A stretch of DNA of 64,000 bases from contig NIUZ01000001.1 in NCBI GenBank assembly GCA_002254285.1, positions 701 to 64,700 on the forward strand. The letters run 5' to 3'. The translations under genes were made by a program, and so were the position numbers. Shown here in pieces: positions 29,284 to 38,893 of this stretch; within the stretch, counting starts at the first letter, position 1; the number at the start of each line of letters is the position of its first letter. Under the pieces are notes generated by a model. That model did not search any database, was not told where the DNA came from, and worked only from the letters and a program-made list of their open reading frames with translations. The stretch is from Bacteroidetes bacterium 4572_112. GTDB lineage: Bacteria > Bacteroidota > Bacteroidia > Bacteroidales > UBA1556.

Positions 29284-29841
29284 ATGAATTTACTTCTTTT
29301 AATTCGGAATTTTATTCAAAGGAATGATGCAAAACACTGGCAATTTATTGTTCTTAGCTTTGTATTCGTTTTTTTTGGCTCAGTATATGCTTTCTTTTTA
29401 GATGCAAAATATGGATTCAATATTTTATATATCACATTAATTATTTCCAGCATTTTTCAGGCATTAATTTCATATTTTTATATGGTAGATAAAGGTGAAG
29501 CTCGAAAGGTATTTCTTAGCTTATTCTTTGTTTTTATTACTTTCTTTCTTGGGAAATATTTAATATTTGAGCATTACTACGATTTTTATTTGGGAGCTTA
29601 TATCGATAGAACAACTATCTCGTGGAGTTTAATAAGCTTTTATTTTGCTGCGCTTAATTTTGAAAGCTTATTCTTATTTGCCGATCAAATGAAAAATTTT
29701 ATTGGAGTGGGGGATATTGTAATATTGTTGATGATTCTGATAATTACATTAGTTTATAAAGTATTGCCCTTTGAATTAAATGTAATTGATGATAAAGAGT
29801 CGGTGAAACGAGTTAGATTTAATAATAGGAGGTTTAATTAG
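29284..29841 (+). CDS. Hypothetical integral membrane protein (about 5 TM segments)
   Basis: Hydrophobic segments throughout. Starts 15 nt after the lipoprotein gene. Confidence 0.5.
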   Translation: MNLLLLIRNFIQRNDAKHWQFIVLSFVFVFFGSVYAFFLDAKYGFNILYITLIISSIFQALISYFYMVDKGEARKVFLSLFFVFITFFLGKYLIFEHYYDFYLGAYIDRTTISWSLISFYFAALNFESLFLFADQMKNFIGVGDIVILLMILIITLVYKVLPFELNVIDDKESVKRVRFNNRRFN

Positions 29842-29853
29842 AGTATTTGTTAT

Positions 29854-30162
29854 TTAGCTAATATTACTAAAACCAGACATTAAAAATACGCCTAAAATAA
29901 ATAATAATATAAGTGAAATCGAGATTCCTAACCAAGCAAAAAATGTTCTCTTAGGTTTCTTTACCCTATTCAACCCAATCACAATTTCCTCATTATACTT
30001 CTGACGAATTATTTCTGAAATACTATTTACCTGCTTTGTGCATATTTCACAATTTTTGAGGTGCAATTTACTTGCATCGCAAACTGTTCTTGCTGCACTG
30101 TCAGTAGCTAATGCTTCTGCGCAAAGTGTAATCTCAGTTTCTGTAAGGTGTTTTGTTTCCAT
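29854..30162 (-). CDS. Small single-pass membrane protein with a zf-HC2-like motif (anti-sigma-factor-like)
   Basis: From the ATG at 30162 (METKHL...). HLKNCEIC matches Hx3Cx2C. The C-terminal TM segment is FFAWLGISISLILLFILGVFLM. No sigma factor gene is adjacent. Confidence 0.4.
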   Translation of the reverse strand: METKHLTETEITLCAEALATDSAARTVCDASKLHLKNCEICTKQVNSISEIIRQKYNEEIVIGLNRVKKPKRTFFAWLGISISLILLFILGVFLMSGFSNIS

Positions 30163-30467
30163 AATTATAACTTTATGTCTTGTTAGTATATACGAAACTA
30201 GATGCAATTACTAAAACTACTTCCATAGTTTTTAATAAACATTATTTATTTCTTTAATGCTTTGTTCTATACTTGAAAATACAGAATATTTGTTTAGTTT
30301 ATAAATACTTGACTTAGTTTAAATCGAAGTTTTGTAATGTAGTAGAATGAATAGACAAAGCTAATATGCAATGGTTTAACAATAAAACTTAATTAGAATT
30401 GTTGTAAATATGGATTTAATCTTGGAATTTGACGTAAAAAACAACATCATAATTTGTAAATATGCAG

Positions 30468-30605
30468 ATAATACCAATTTGGTATCAAAATACGCTATAA
30501 ATAAATTGGAATATATTTTCCTATTAGAAGGCAAAAATTATTTGCATAAAAGCCTGTACTGAGCATGTCGAATATATGGCGTGTTTTGGTATTAATTTGG
30601 TATAA
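30468..30605. repeat. Composite palindromic repeat element, copy A (related to 50084-50210)
   Basis: 30535-30572 is the exact reverse complement of 50173-50210 (38/38). 30573-30605 matches the reverse complement of 50088-50120 (32/33). The left part (30468-30545) is a degenerate direct copy of 50084-50163, and the two ends of copy A are imperfect inverted repeats of each other. Confidence 0.8.
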
Positions 30606-30620
30606 CCTTGAATTGATTAT

Positions 30621-30664
30621 AAAACAAAACAAGCCCATAAGTCACAACTTATGGGCTTGTTTTA
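30621..30664 (-). terminator. Rho-independent terminator after hldD
   Basis: A 13-bp perfect stem, acaagcccataag / cttatgggcttgt (loop tcacaa). The minus strand continues TTTTGTTTT. Confidence 0.75.
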
Positions 30665-30725
30665 TTACTGAAAAATTTGAAAAATTAATATATTATAATC
30701 AGAAAATCAGAAAACCATTAGAATT

Positions 30726-31691
30726 TTAATAGTGGTCGTTCTTTAATAAGAATTCCTTTACATAATCATCAACACCATCTTCAAGGCTGTAGAAAGGTAC
30801 AGCGTAACCTTGGTCAAGAAGCTTACTCATATTTGCTTCAGTAAAATATTGATACTTATCGCGAATGTCTTCTGGAGTGTCAATAAAAGAAATATTTTCC
30901 TCCACGCCCATTGCTTTAAATGTTGCCTTAGCCAGGTCTAAGAAGCTACGAGCATTTCCTGTGCCTACATTATATAGTCCAGATTTGGCTTCGTACTCCC
31001 ACAAAAACAGCATTACCTCTACCAAATCTTTTACATATACAAAATCGCGTAATTGACCTCCATCTGCATAATCAGGGTTGTGAGATTTGAAAAGCTTCAT
31101 TGCTCCCTTTTCTTTTATCTGATGAAAAGCACTATGTATTACTGATGCCATTCTACCTTTATGATACTCATTTGGTCCGTATACATTAAAGTATTTCATT
31201 CCGTACCACGATGGAGGAGTTTTGTCTTGTTTTAAAGCCCATTTGTCAAAATCATTTTTCGATTCTCCGTATAAGTTCAATGGCTTAAGTTTTTCCACTA
31301 TTTCGTGATTATCATCATAGCCAAATTCGCCATTACCATATGTTGCAGCAGACGAAGCATAAATCATTGGAATCTCTGCCTTGGTACAAATATTCCATAC
31401 CGATTTGCTGTAATTTAGGTTTAGCTCGTCGAATACAGATTTGTCGAAACCTGTAGTAGCGCTTCTTGCCCCTATATGAAATACAAACTCAACTTTATCG
31501 CTGTTTTTTTCGAACCAATCGATAAATACATCTCTTTCTATAAGCTCTTTATATCTTTTATTATCAAGATTTTTCATCTTAGCGGCATCTCCAAATTTAT
31601 CAACTAAGATTAAATCATCAACTCCTTCGTCGTTTAGTGCTCCTATAAGCACACTTGCTATAAAACCTGCTGCTCCTGTTACTACTATCAT
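30726..31691 (-). CDS. hldD: ADP-L-glycero-D-manno-heptose 6-epimerase
   Basis: N-terminal Rossmann motif VTGAAGFIAS. SDR-type YGxSK (YGESKNDFD). Length and overall pattern match HldD/RfaD. Confidence 0.82.
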   Translation of the reverse strand: MIVVTGAAGFIASVLIGALNDEGVDDLILVDKFGDAAKMKNLDNKRYKELIERDVFIDWFEKNSDKVEFVFHIGARSATTGFDKSVFDELNLNYSKSVWNICTKAEIPMIYASSAATYGNGEFGYDDNHEIVEKLKPLNLYGESKNDFDKWALKQDKTPPSWYGMKYFNVYGPNEYHKGRMASVIHSAFHQIKEKGAMKLFKSHNPDYADGGQLRDFVYVKDLVEVMLFLWEYEAKSGLYNVGTGNARSFLDLAKATFKAMGVEENISFIDTPEDIRDKYQYFTEANMSKLLDQGYAVPFYSLEDGVDDYVKEFLLKNDHY

Positions 31692-31746
31692 ATCGTTTTA
31701 TTTAAAAAAAAATTCTTTAACTACATCAAAAATACACCTTCTTTTA

Positions 31747-33033
31747 TTATAATATTTTGGCCTTGATCTTGTCAATATCCAATAGTTGAATAATAGTAAG
31801 AAGAAAGAATAATAATCCTGGGACTCTATATCTTGATAATGCTCCTAAAACCGGAGTGCCTAATCCAATTATTATAAAGTAAATAATGGAAAATACTAGC
31901 GAAAACCATAATACATTTGAGTCATCAACATCCATACGTGGATATATTATTAGCAATATTATAAATAATAGAATGAACATATTTTCTACGGATGCAAATA
32001 TAGCAAGTAAATTATTTGCCTCCCACATCATTGGGCGAAATAAAGTGTTAATAATTGCTATTGGCGAATTTGATGCTATTGAAATTGAGTTTGCTTCAAA
32101 CATTATTGGTGAAATTATACTCCCCGAATTATCGTTTATTGCCAGTTCGGTTAGTTGTAATTGCTTATCTAATAATGAATTGAATATGCTTATATCCATA
32201 TACTTATCTGATTCGCTAGCAAAGCTAAAAGCAATAAATGCCAACATAAAGTATGGAACAAATGTGCGCTGACTTGGCCTAAAATGAATCCATAAATAGG
32301 CAAGCAATGGTGGTATTATTACAAATAACACAAAAGGCTTTATGCTATAGATTACCAATAGTGAAAGCAGAACAATTATGGCTCTTTTAAAAGGGTGTTT
32401 GCCTTGCAAGGCATAGTTTCCGCAGTTTATCAAAAGACTAATGGCAAACAGTATTAATGATTCCTTTAGTATGCCCGATGTCCAGTAAACTATTGAAGGT
32501 GTGAAAAATATTATTCCGAAAATAAACCATTTTAGCCTCTTCATTTTGGAATAGAAGAATAGGAAAATCCACCACAATCCTGTGAATGATAAAAACACAG
32601 TGAATATCATTATGCCACCATAAGTACCTAAAGTGAATATGCTTAAGAAAGCAATATATCGTATTATAAATCTATTGCTACTAAGGCTGTTAGATTCGCC
32701 AAATTCAAAATTATTTATTTGGATATAATATCTTTGAAGCTCTTTGTCGTTGGCGTTTTTGCCTGTAAGTAGTTTTGTGTAAATTGATATATTACCGTCT
32801 TCCAATGCCGAGAATATTACCTGCGCATCATCATAAAATCTGAATATATCAGCATCTCTTTTTATGGTTTCGCTACGCGAGTATATAAACAACATTGTTA
32901 CAGCAGCAATAAGCTTAACAATGTATGCAATGTTTATCCATAGCTTTGGAATAGCTCTGCTACGAAACATCTTAGTTCTATTTATGATAAAGAAACTAAG
33001 TGCCAAAAAAATTATGCTGATAATATAATTCAT
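31747..33033 (-). CDS. Polytopic membrane protein (10 or more TM segments), possibly a GT-C-like glycosyltransferase or polymerase
   Basis: Hydrophobic throughout with one larger loop (SESDKYMD...NDNSGS). No motif I can name; the functional guess rests on adjacency to hldD. Confidence 0.5.
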   Translation of the reverse strand: MNYIISIIFLALSFFIINRTKMFRSRAIPKLWINIAYIVKLIAAVTMLFIYSRSETIKRDADIFRFYDDAQVIFSALEDGNISIYTKLLTGKNANDKELQRYYIQINNFEFGESNSLSSNRFIIRYIAFLSIFTLGTYGGIMIFTVFLSFTGLWWIFLFFYSKMKRLKWFIFGIIFFTPSIVYWTSGILKESLILFAISLLINCGNYALQGKHPFKRAIIVLLSLLVIYSIKPFVLFVIIPPLLAYLWIHFRPSQRTFVPYFMLAFIAFSFASESDKYMDISIFNSLLDKQLQLTELAINDNSGSIISPIMFEANSISIASNSPIAIINTLFRPMMWEANNLLAIFASVENMFILLFIILLIIYPRMDVDDSNVLWFSLVFSIIYFIIIGLGTPVLGALSRYRVPGLLFFLLTIIQLLDIDKIKAKIL

Positions 33034-33109
33034 AGATGTTGTATAAAAATAGGGTGTTTTTTGATAGTTTATCTAATCAAAAAAAACACCCTAAAAAATT
33101 GATATTATC

Positions 33110-35218
33110 TTATTTGTCTTCTTTCAAATACTTATCAAGGAAACCCTTGAATTCTCTTTGCCATAGAACCGAATTTTGTGGTTGAACAACAAAATGTGAC
33201 TCGTCAGGGAAGAAAAGGAAGCGACTAGGAATACCTTTTAGCTGAGCAGCATTAAAAGCTTGCATCGATTGTGCATAAGGAATACGGAAATCGAATCCAC
33301 CAGTGATTACAAGAATTGGAGTATCCCATTTTCCTACAAAATCGCGTGGGTTAAATTCCTTATAACTCTTAGGTACTTCCTTATCCCAAGGTGCTCCACC
33401 TAGGTCGTGCTGTACAAAGAAAGTTTCTTCTGTAGCTGCGTACATACTTGGTAAATCAAATATTCCGCAATGCGAAATAAGTGCTTTAAATCTACCTTCG
33501 TGATGTCCTGCTAACCAATAGATACTATATCCACCATAGCTTGCGCCAATTGCACCGAGCTTGTTTTCGTCAACAAATGATTCCTTAGATAAGGCATCAA
33601 TTGCCGAAAGATAATCATCCATATTTTGTCCGCCATAGTCACCACTAATTTGGTCGTTCCATTCTTGACCAAAAGTAGGAAGTCCTCTACGGTTCGGAGC
33701 TACAACAATATAGCCGTTAGAAGCCATAATTTGGAAATTCCAACGGTAGCTGAAAAATTGACTAACAGCTGATTGTGGTCCTCCTTGGCAATATAATAAA
33801 GCAGGGTATTTCTTGTTCTTATCAAAATTTGGTGGGTAAATAACCCATACCAACTCTTTCTTTCCATCAGTAGTTTCTATCCATCGTTTTTCGAATTCGG
33901 CAGGAGTAACTTTATCAAGTATAGCTTTGTTTGTAAAGCTTAGCTGAGTTTCTTCGCCAAGACCACTTACTGCATAAATTTCAGTAGGAGTTTTCATATC
34001 CATTTTGCTAGCAATAAGCTTATGATCAGCAATTGCTACGCTTTGGTAATTATGGTCGCCCTTAGTTATTTGATTTATTTCTTTAGAATCTACATTTACC
34101 GAGTATATCTGGTAAGTAGCTTCAATTCCTGAGATAAAGTAAATTACTTTTGAATCGCTGCTAAATACAAAGTCAGAAGAACTTTGGTCAAAGCCTGCAC
34201 TATAATCTACAGTTTCGCCAGTAGCAAAATTATGAAGCATAATTCTGTTCTTATCCGACTCAAAACCAGGAGTAGCCATGCTCGACCATACCAATAAGTT
34301 TCCATCAGGAGACCAAACTGGGCCATTATCATAACCTTCAAATCCTTTTTCTGTAAGATTTGTGCTTGTATTATTAACTAGGTCGTAGATGTAAACCTCA
34401 GTATTAGTACTTACGGCAAAATCTTTTCCGAAAAGTCGCTTATAGCTAATTGCTATTTTTGTATCATCATTATTCCATGTGCTATTACCAATAGTAGCAT
34501 CAAAGCGCTCACCTTCATTAAGGTCTTTAGCATTCTCTAATTTGCCATTTTTATAATCAGCAACAAAAATATGGTTGTAGTTTTCGTCAGCCCAATGGTC
34601 CCAATGGCGATACATTAGGTCGTCATAAATTTTAGCATTTGCCTTTGGTAGGTCAGGGTACATATCCAATGTTGTAGCGTCAATTTTAATGCTTTTGCTA
34701 TAGGCAATCTTATTTCCAGTATTGCTATAACTAAAAGAGCCAATTCCACCATCAATATGCGAAATTTGTTTCTTATCACTTCCATCAATATTCATTTCCC
34801 AAATTTGAGCATCACCGCTTTTAGCAGAAATAAATCCAATCTTGCTTCCATCAACATTCCAGATAGCGTTATACTCACTCTTTTTGCAGAATGTAAGCTG
34901 CTTTGGTTCTCCACCATCAGCACTCATTACAAAAATATTTTTATCACCTTTGTTTTCAGCAAGCTCGTAGCGAGTAATAGCAAAAAGAATATTCTTGCCA
35001 TCAGGCGAAACCTGTACTTCCGAAACTCTTCCTAATTTCCATAGTAGCTCAGGAGTCATAATGCCAGGGTTTACAAAATCATCAGATTTTGTAACAGTTT
35101 TCATTGAAGAGCTTTTGTCTCCATGGTTGATTTTGACATTTTTATCAACCTTAATATTATCGCAAGAGAATAAAAATATCGCTAATGCGGAAATAATAAT
35201 GATGCTTAATTTATTCAT
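33110..35218 (-). CDS. S9 family serine peptidase (prolyl oligopeptidase/acylaminoacyl-peptidase type) with an N-terminal beta-propeller
   Basis: Lipoprotein-type signal (LFSC). PD40/WD40-like repeats (SPDG...). Catalytic GASYGGY (GxSxGG), with downstream D and H regions (GG.D.R.P, DESH). Confidence 0.85.
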   Translation of the reverse strand: MNKLSIIIISALAIFLFSCDNIKVDKNVKINHGDKSSSMKTVTKSDDFVNPGIMTPELLWKLGRVSEVQVSPDGKNILFAITRYELAENKGDKNIFVMSADGGEPKQLTFCKKSEYNAIWNVDGSKIGFISAKSGDAQIWEMNIDGSDKKQISHIDGGIGSFSYSNTGNKIAYSKSIKIDATTLDMYPDLPKANAKIYDDLMYRHWDHWADENYNHIFVADYKNGKLENAKDLNEGERFDATIGNSTWNNDDTKIAISYKRLFGKDFAVSTNTEVYIYDLVNNTSTNLTEKGFEGYDNGPVWSPDGNLLVWSSMATPGFESDKNRIMLHNFATGETVDYSAGFDQSSSDFVFSSDSKVIYFISGIEATYQIYSVNVDSKEINQITKGDHNYQSVAIADHKLIASKMDMKTPTEIYAVSGLGEETQLSFTNKAILDKVTPAEFEKRWIETTDGKKELVWVIYPPNFDKNKKYPALLYCQGGPQSAVSQFFSYRWNFQIMASNGYIVVAPNRRGLPTFGQEWNDQISGDYGGQNMDDYLSAIDALSKESFVDENKLGAIGASYGGYSIYWLAGHHEGRFKALISHCGIFDLPSMYAATEETFFVQHDLGGAPWDKEVPKSYKEFNPRDFVGKWDTPILVITGGFDFRIPYAQSMQAFNAAQLKGIPSRFLFFPDESHFVVQPQNSVLWQREFKGFLDKYLKEDK

Positions 35219-35243
35219 AATGAAGTTATTTATGTGTATTTGC

Positions 35244-36239
35244 TTAATTGCTGTTTAGACTTTCCTCAACTCTATTTAAGCCATCAATTGCCTGTTTATA
35301 GTTGTGGTCAATTTTTAGGGAGCTTTTATAATCTTTTTGTGCTTGTAAAATATTGCCAACCTCTTCAAAACAAAGCCCACGGTTAAAATAGGCTTCTTTA
35401 TAATCAGGCTTTGCCTCAATAGCTTTAGAGAAATATGGTGCTGCCATATCATTTATCTTTAAAAGCTCTAGGTATATATAGCCAATATTATAATAGCTAT
35501 TTGGAAAAGTAGAATCCTTTTCTATTATTTGGTTATAAGTCGAGATTGCTTCATTCAAATAATCATTGTTTTGATAAAATAATCCCAAATTATAGTAAGA
35601 ATTAATATTTGCAGAGTCAATTGCTATTGCATTATTATAGTAGGTAATAGCGAGCTCATCATTTAATTTAGAGTAAATTCCTCCTAATTCTATATTTGCA
35701 TTATAGTTATTAGGGTTATTTTTTAAGCATTCCTGAAAATTGCGAATAGCGGCATCTGTACTTTCCGATTCTTTAAAAGCATAACCTTTAATAAAGAAAG
35801 CTTTGTCGGAGAATGGGTCAATGTCCAAGGCTTTATTTGCGAATTTTATTACCTCATTATACTTTCTATACATAAGGTAAATTTCGGAAACCTGAAGCCA
35901 AATATCTACATTTTTGGGGTCTATCTGAGATGCTTTTTCAAGTAAGGCCAAAGTATTATTTACATTTCCTTGTGTCATAAATAAATCGGCAAGTTCAATG
36001 TAATATGATGCGCTGTCAGGAGCTAGATTTACACAATGTTGCAAGTCAGCAATGGCTTTATCGTTATTATTTGCTGTTTTATAAAGCTCAACTCGTTTTC
36101 TTAAAAGTGAAATATTGTGAGGGTCACTTTCTAATTTAGTACTCAAGCTCTCAATTGTTTCAACTTTATCACCGCCAATATTCTGGCAGGAAACCAGTGA
36201 AAAAAAAGCTAGAAATAAGAATATAAAAGAGTATTTCAT
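35244..36239 (-). CDS. TPR-repeat lipoprotein
   Basis: Start taken at MKYSFIFLFLAFFSLVSC (lipobox). Multiple 34-aa TPR units (A...Y......P.N..A....G.). Confidence 0.7.
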   Translation of the reverse strand: MKYSFIFLFLAFFSLVSCQNIGGDKVETIESLSTKLESDPHNISLLRKRVELYKTANNNDKAIADLQHCVNLAPDSASYYIELADLFMTQGNVNNTLALLEKASQIDPKNVDIWLQVSEIYLMYRKYNEVIKFANKALDIDPFSDKAFFIKGYAFKESESTDAAIRNFQECLKNNPNNYNANIELGGIYSKLNDELAITYYNNAIAIDSANINSYYNLGLFYQNNDYLNEAISTYNQIIEKDSTFPNSYYNIGYIYLELLKINDMAAPYFSKAIEAKPDYKEAYFNRGLCFEEVGNILQAQKDYKSSLKIDHNYKQAIDGLNRVEESLNSN

Positions 36240-36323
36240 TAATCTGTTATTAATTGAAAATACCTCATTAGTTAAAGCCATAGCCTTTTCTAATGAAGTA
36301 TATAATTATATATTTATGATAAT

Positions 36324-37325
36324 TTATTTTGCTTTAATAGCTTCTTTGATTTTCATCTCAACTTCATCAGCTAATTCAGGGTTGTCTTTCATAAGTTGCT
36401 TTACAGCCTCACGCCCTTGTCCGAGCTTAGTTTCGCCATATGAGAACCACGAGCCGCTCTTTTTAACAATATTATATTCAACTCCTAAGTCAACTAATTC
36501 GCCAGCTTTAGAAAAACCTTCGCCATAAATAACGTCAAGCTCTGCTGTGCGGAATGGAGGTGCTACCTTATTTTTTACAACTTTAATCTTTACTCTGTTT
36601 CCTTTTACGCTATCCACATCCTTAATCTGAGTAGAACGACGAATATCAATACGTACCGAAGCATAAAACTTAAGTGCATTACCACCAGTAGTAGTTTCAG
36701 GGTTACCGAACATTACACCAATTTTTTCGCGAAGCTGATTAATGAAAATACAAGTTGTACCAGTTTTGTTGATAGTACCTGTAAGCTTACGCAATGCTTG
36801 CGACATTAGTCGAGCATGAAGACCCATTTTAGAATCTCCCATCTCGCCTTCAATCTCACTTTTTGGAGTAAGTGCAGCTACAGAGTCAATTACGATAATA
36901 TCGATTGCTCCTGAGCGAATAAGGCTGTCAGTAATCTCTAATGCTTGCTCACCATTGTCTGGCTGCGATACCAAAAGGTTGTCTGTGTCTACACCTAATT
37001 TCTCAGCATAAAATCTATCAAAAGCGTGCTCTGCATCAATAAATGCTGCTACGCCACCAAGTTTTTGTGCTTCGGCAATTGCGTGAATAGCCAATGTTGT
37101 TTTACCCGATGATTCAGGTCCGTAAATTTCAACAACTCTACCGCGTGGAAAACCACCTATGCCCAAAGCAACATCTAGTCCTATACTTCCTGTTGGAATT
37201 ACTTCAATGTCTTGTATGGTTTCGTCGCCAAGGCGCATGATGCTGCCTTTTCCGTAATTCTTTTCTATTTTGTCCAGAGTAAGCTGTAATGCTTTTAATT
37301 TCTCTGCCTTTTGATCTTTAGCCAT
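36324..37325 (-). CDS. recA: Recombinase A
   Basis: GPESSGKTT Walker [10 protein letters not shown], and L1/L2 loop regions. Full-length conservation (333 aa). Confidence 0.97.
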   Translation of the reverse strand: MAKDQKAEKLKALQLTLDKIEKNYGKGSIMRLGDETIQDIEVIPTGSIGLDVALGIGGFPRGRVVEIYGPESSGKTTLAIHAIAEAQKLGGVAAFIDAEHAFDRFYAEKLGVDTDNLLVSQPDNGEQALEITDSLIRSGAIDIIVIDSVAALTPKSEIEGEMGDSKMGLHARLMSQALRKLTGTINKTGTTCIFINQLREKIGVMFGNPETTTGGNALKFYASVRIDIRRSTQIKDVDSVKGNRVKIKVVKNKVAPPFRTAELDVIYGEGFSKAGELVDLGVEYNIVKKSGSWFSYGETKLGQGREAVKQLMKDNPELADEVEMKIKEAIKAK

Positions 37326-37365
37326 TATATTATATTTTTATTGTTTGCTGTTTTAATGTCCTCTA

Positions 37366-37824
37366 TTAATAAGAGGCAAGAATTTGAGCAGTATGCTCTT
37401 TGGTCTTTACTTTTTTAAATACTTTTTCAATGACTCCTTCTTCACTAATGATAAAAGTAGTTCTGAAAATGCCATCATATTCTCTACCATATAATTTCTT
37501 TAATCCCCAAGCACCATATAGCTTAAGAATTTCTTTTTCAGTATCAGGAATTAATGGGTAGGGGAAATTGTATTTTTCTTTAAATCTAATTTGTTTCTTT
37601 GTATCGTCGGCACTAAGACCTAGTATTGCAAAGCCTTTCTCGCTAAGCATTTCATAATTATCTCTCAAGTCGCAAGCTTCATTAGTACAGCCTGGGGTCA
37701 TAGCTTTTGGGTATGTAAAAAGTATAAGTTTCTTACCTCTATAATCTTTTAGGCTAATGGTATTGCCCTGTTCATCTACTGTTGTAAAATCTGGTGCAAT
37801 ATCGCCTTCTACTAAATGTGTCAT
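37366..37824 (-). CDS. bcp: Thioredoxin-dependent thiol peroxidase (peroxiredoxin Bcp)
   Basis: LFTYPKAMTPGCT peroxidatic-Cys motif, with the second Cys 5 residues later (TNEAC). Confidence 0.9.
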   Translation of the reverse strand: MTHLVEGDIAPDFTTVDEQGNTISLKDYRGKKLILFTYPKAMTPGCTNEACDLRDNYEMLSEKGFAILGLSADDTKKQIRFKEKYNFPYPLIPDTEKEILKLYGAWGLKKLYGREYDGIFRTTFIISEEGVIEKVFKKVKTKEHTAQILASY

Positions 37825-37931
37825 TATTAATCTTTTATTGATTGGGTTCTAATCATTATTGGAATGTCAAAGATAATGTATTTTAAGGAATAATGATTAC
37901 TTTTTATTTATAATTCTGAAAATTTTCAAAT

Positions 37932-37963
37932 AAAAAAAAGCATTAACTCTAAAGTTAATGCTT
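37932..37963 (-). terminator. Rho-independent terminator after the 245-aa T9SS cargo gene
   Basis: A 10-bp stem, aagcattaac / gttaatgctt, with a T-run on the minus strand (plus-strand A8). Confidence 0.7.
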
Positions 37964-37988
37964 CAATATTTTTTTGATAAATCCTTAT

Positions 37989-38726
37989 TTATCTAATAAT
38001 AAGCTTTTTAGATGCTAATCTGTTACCGTCAACAATAACATTATAGAAATATACTCCTGATTTCAATTCCGAGATATTAATTTTAGCTCTACTATCATTA
38101 GTAGAAATTTCTTGATTAAAAACTACGCTTCCCAATATATTTACAACTTCAATATTAGCCATTTGAGCATTATTGATTTCATAATCTACAAAGAAAAAAT
38201 CTTTTGCAGGATTAGGATATGCATCTGATATTGTTACTGAGCTTGTAGTTGAACTAATACTTGCATCTAATGCTACATAGTATTTTACAATAAAGTAAGT
38301 AGAATCAGCAGGGTTGTTTTCGTCAAATACTGAATATGCTATTATTGTTGTTCCTTCGTGTCCTTGAGCTGCATAGTCTGTAGTAAATGCTCCAGTTGCA
38401 ATTGATTCTCCAGCAACTATCCAAACTCCAGTTGGCGATAGATTAATGCCTGGAGAAAAACAGCTCCCAAAACAGAAATAATGCAAAGTACTAGGAACTT
38501 CTGATATTGCCATTTGACGAACTTTATACGAATTAGAATCGACGGTATTAGTGTTTTTAGCAGTAAATTCAAGTGTATGAGGGAATTTATTTAAGTCAGA
38601 ACTGAAATATTTTACAGTGTCTCCAAAGTTAACAACATTACTATTATGGTCTGTAATCTCTATTGATTGAGCAAAAAGTGCTGCAAGAAGTAAAGTAAAA
38701 ATTGTGGAAAGGTAAATTCTTTTCAT
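37989..38726 (-). CDS. Small secreted protein with a type-A T9SS C-terminal sorting domain
   Basis: Signal peptide. C-terminus AYPNPAKDFFFVDYE...GVYFYNV...KKLIIR. Confidence 0.65.
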   Translation of the reverse strand: MKRIYLSTIFTLLLAALFAQSIEITDHNSNVVNFGDTVKYFSSDLNKFPHTLEFTAKNTNTVDSNSYKVRQMAISEVPSTLHYFCFGSCFSPGINLSPTGVWIVAGESIATGAFTTDYAAQGHEGTTIIAYSVFDENNPADSTYFIVKYYVALDASISSTTSSVTISDAYPNPAKDFFFVDYEINNAQMANIEVVNILGSVVFNQEISTNDSRAKINISELKSGVYFYNVIVDGNRLASKKLIIR

Positions 38727-38833
38727 ATTGTTATATATTTAATAAATTGTGTGTGTATTCTTATTACGCAAAGATACTTATTTTTCATTAAGTTGATTTG
38801 CTATTTATTGTTATATATAACAGCTCAAAACAT

Positions 38834-38871
38834 AAAAAGGTTGCTTCCTAAAAAAAGAAAGCAACCTTTTG
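38834..38871 (-). terminator. Rho-independent terminator after the 670-aa T9SS cargo gene
   Basis: A 12-bp stem, aaaaggttgctt / aagcaacctttt, 23 nt after the stop codon. Confidence 0.65.
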
Positions 38872-38893
38872 AAATATTATTTGAAATGAATGA

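Noticed and set aside
30410-30562. 50-aa ORF (MDLILEFDVKNNIIICKYADNTNLVSKYAINKLEYIFLLEGKNYLHKSLY) in the spacer upstream of the anti-sigma-like gene
   Set aside because: More than half of it is made of the repeat element shared with 50084-50210, where the equivalent frame contains a stop. It is probably a chance ORF across a repeat. It might be worth a look only if ribosome profiling shows translation.
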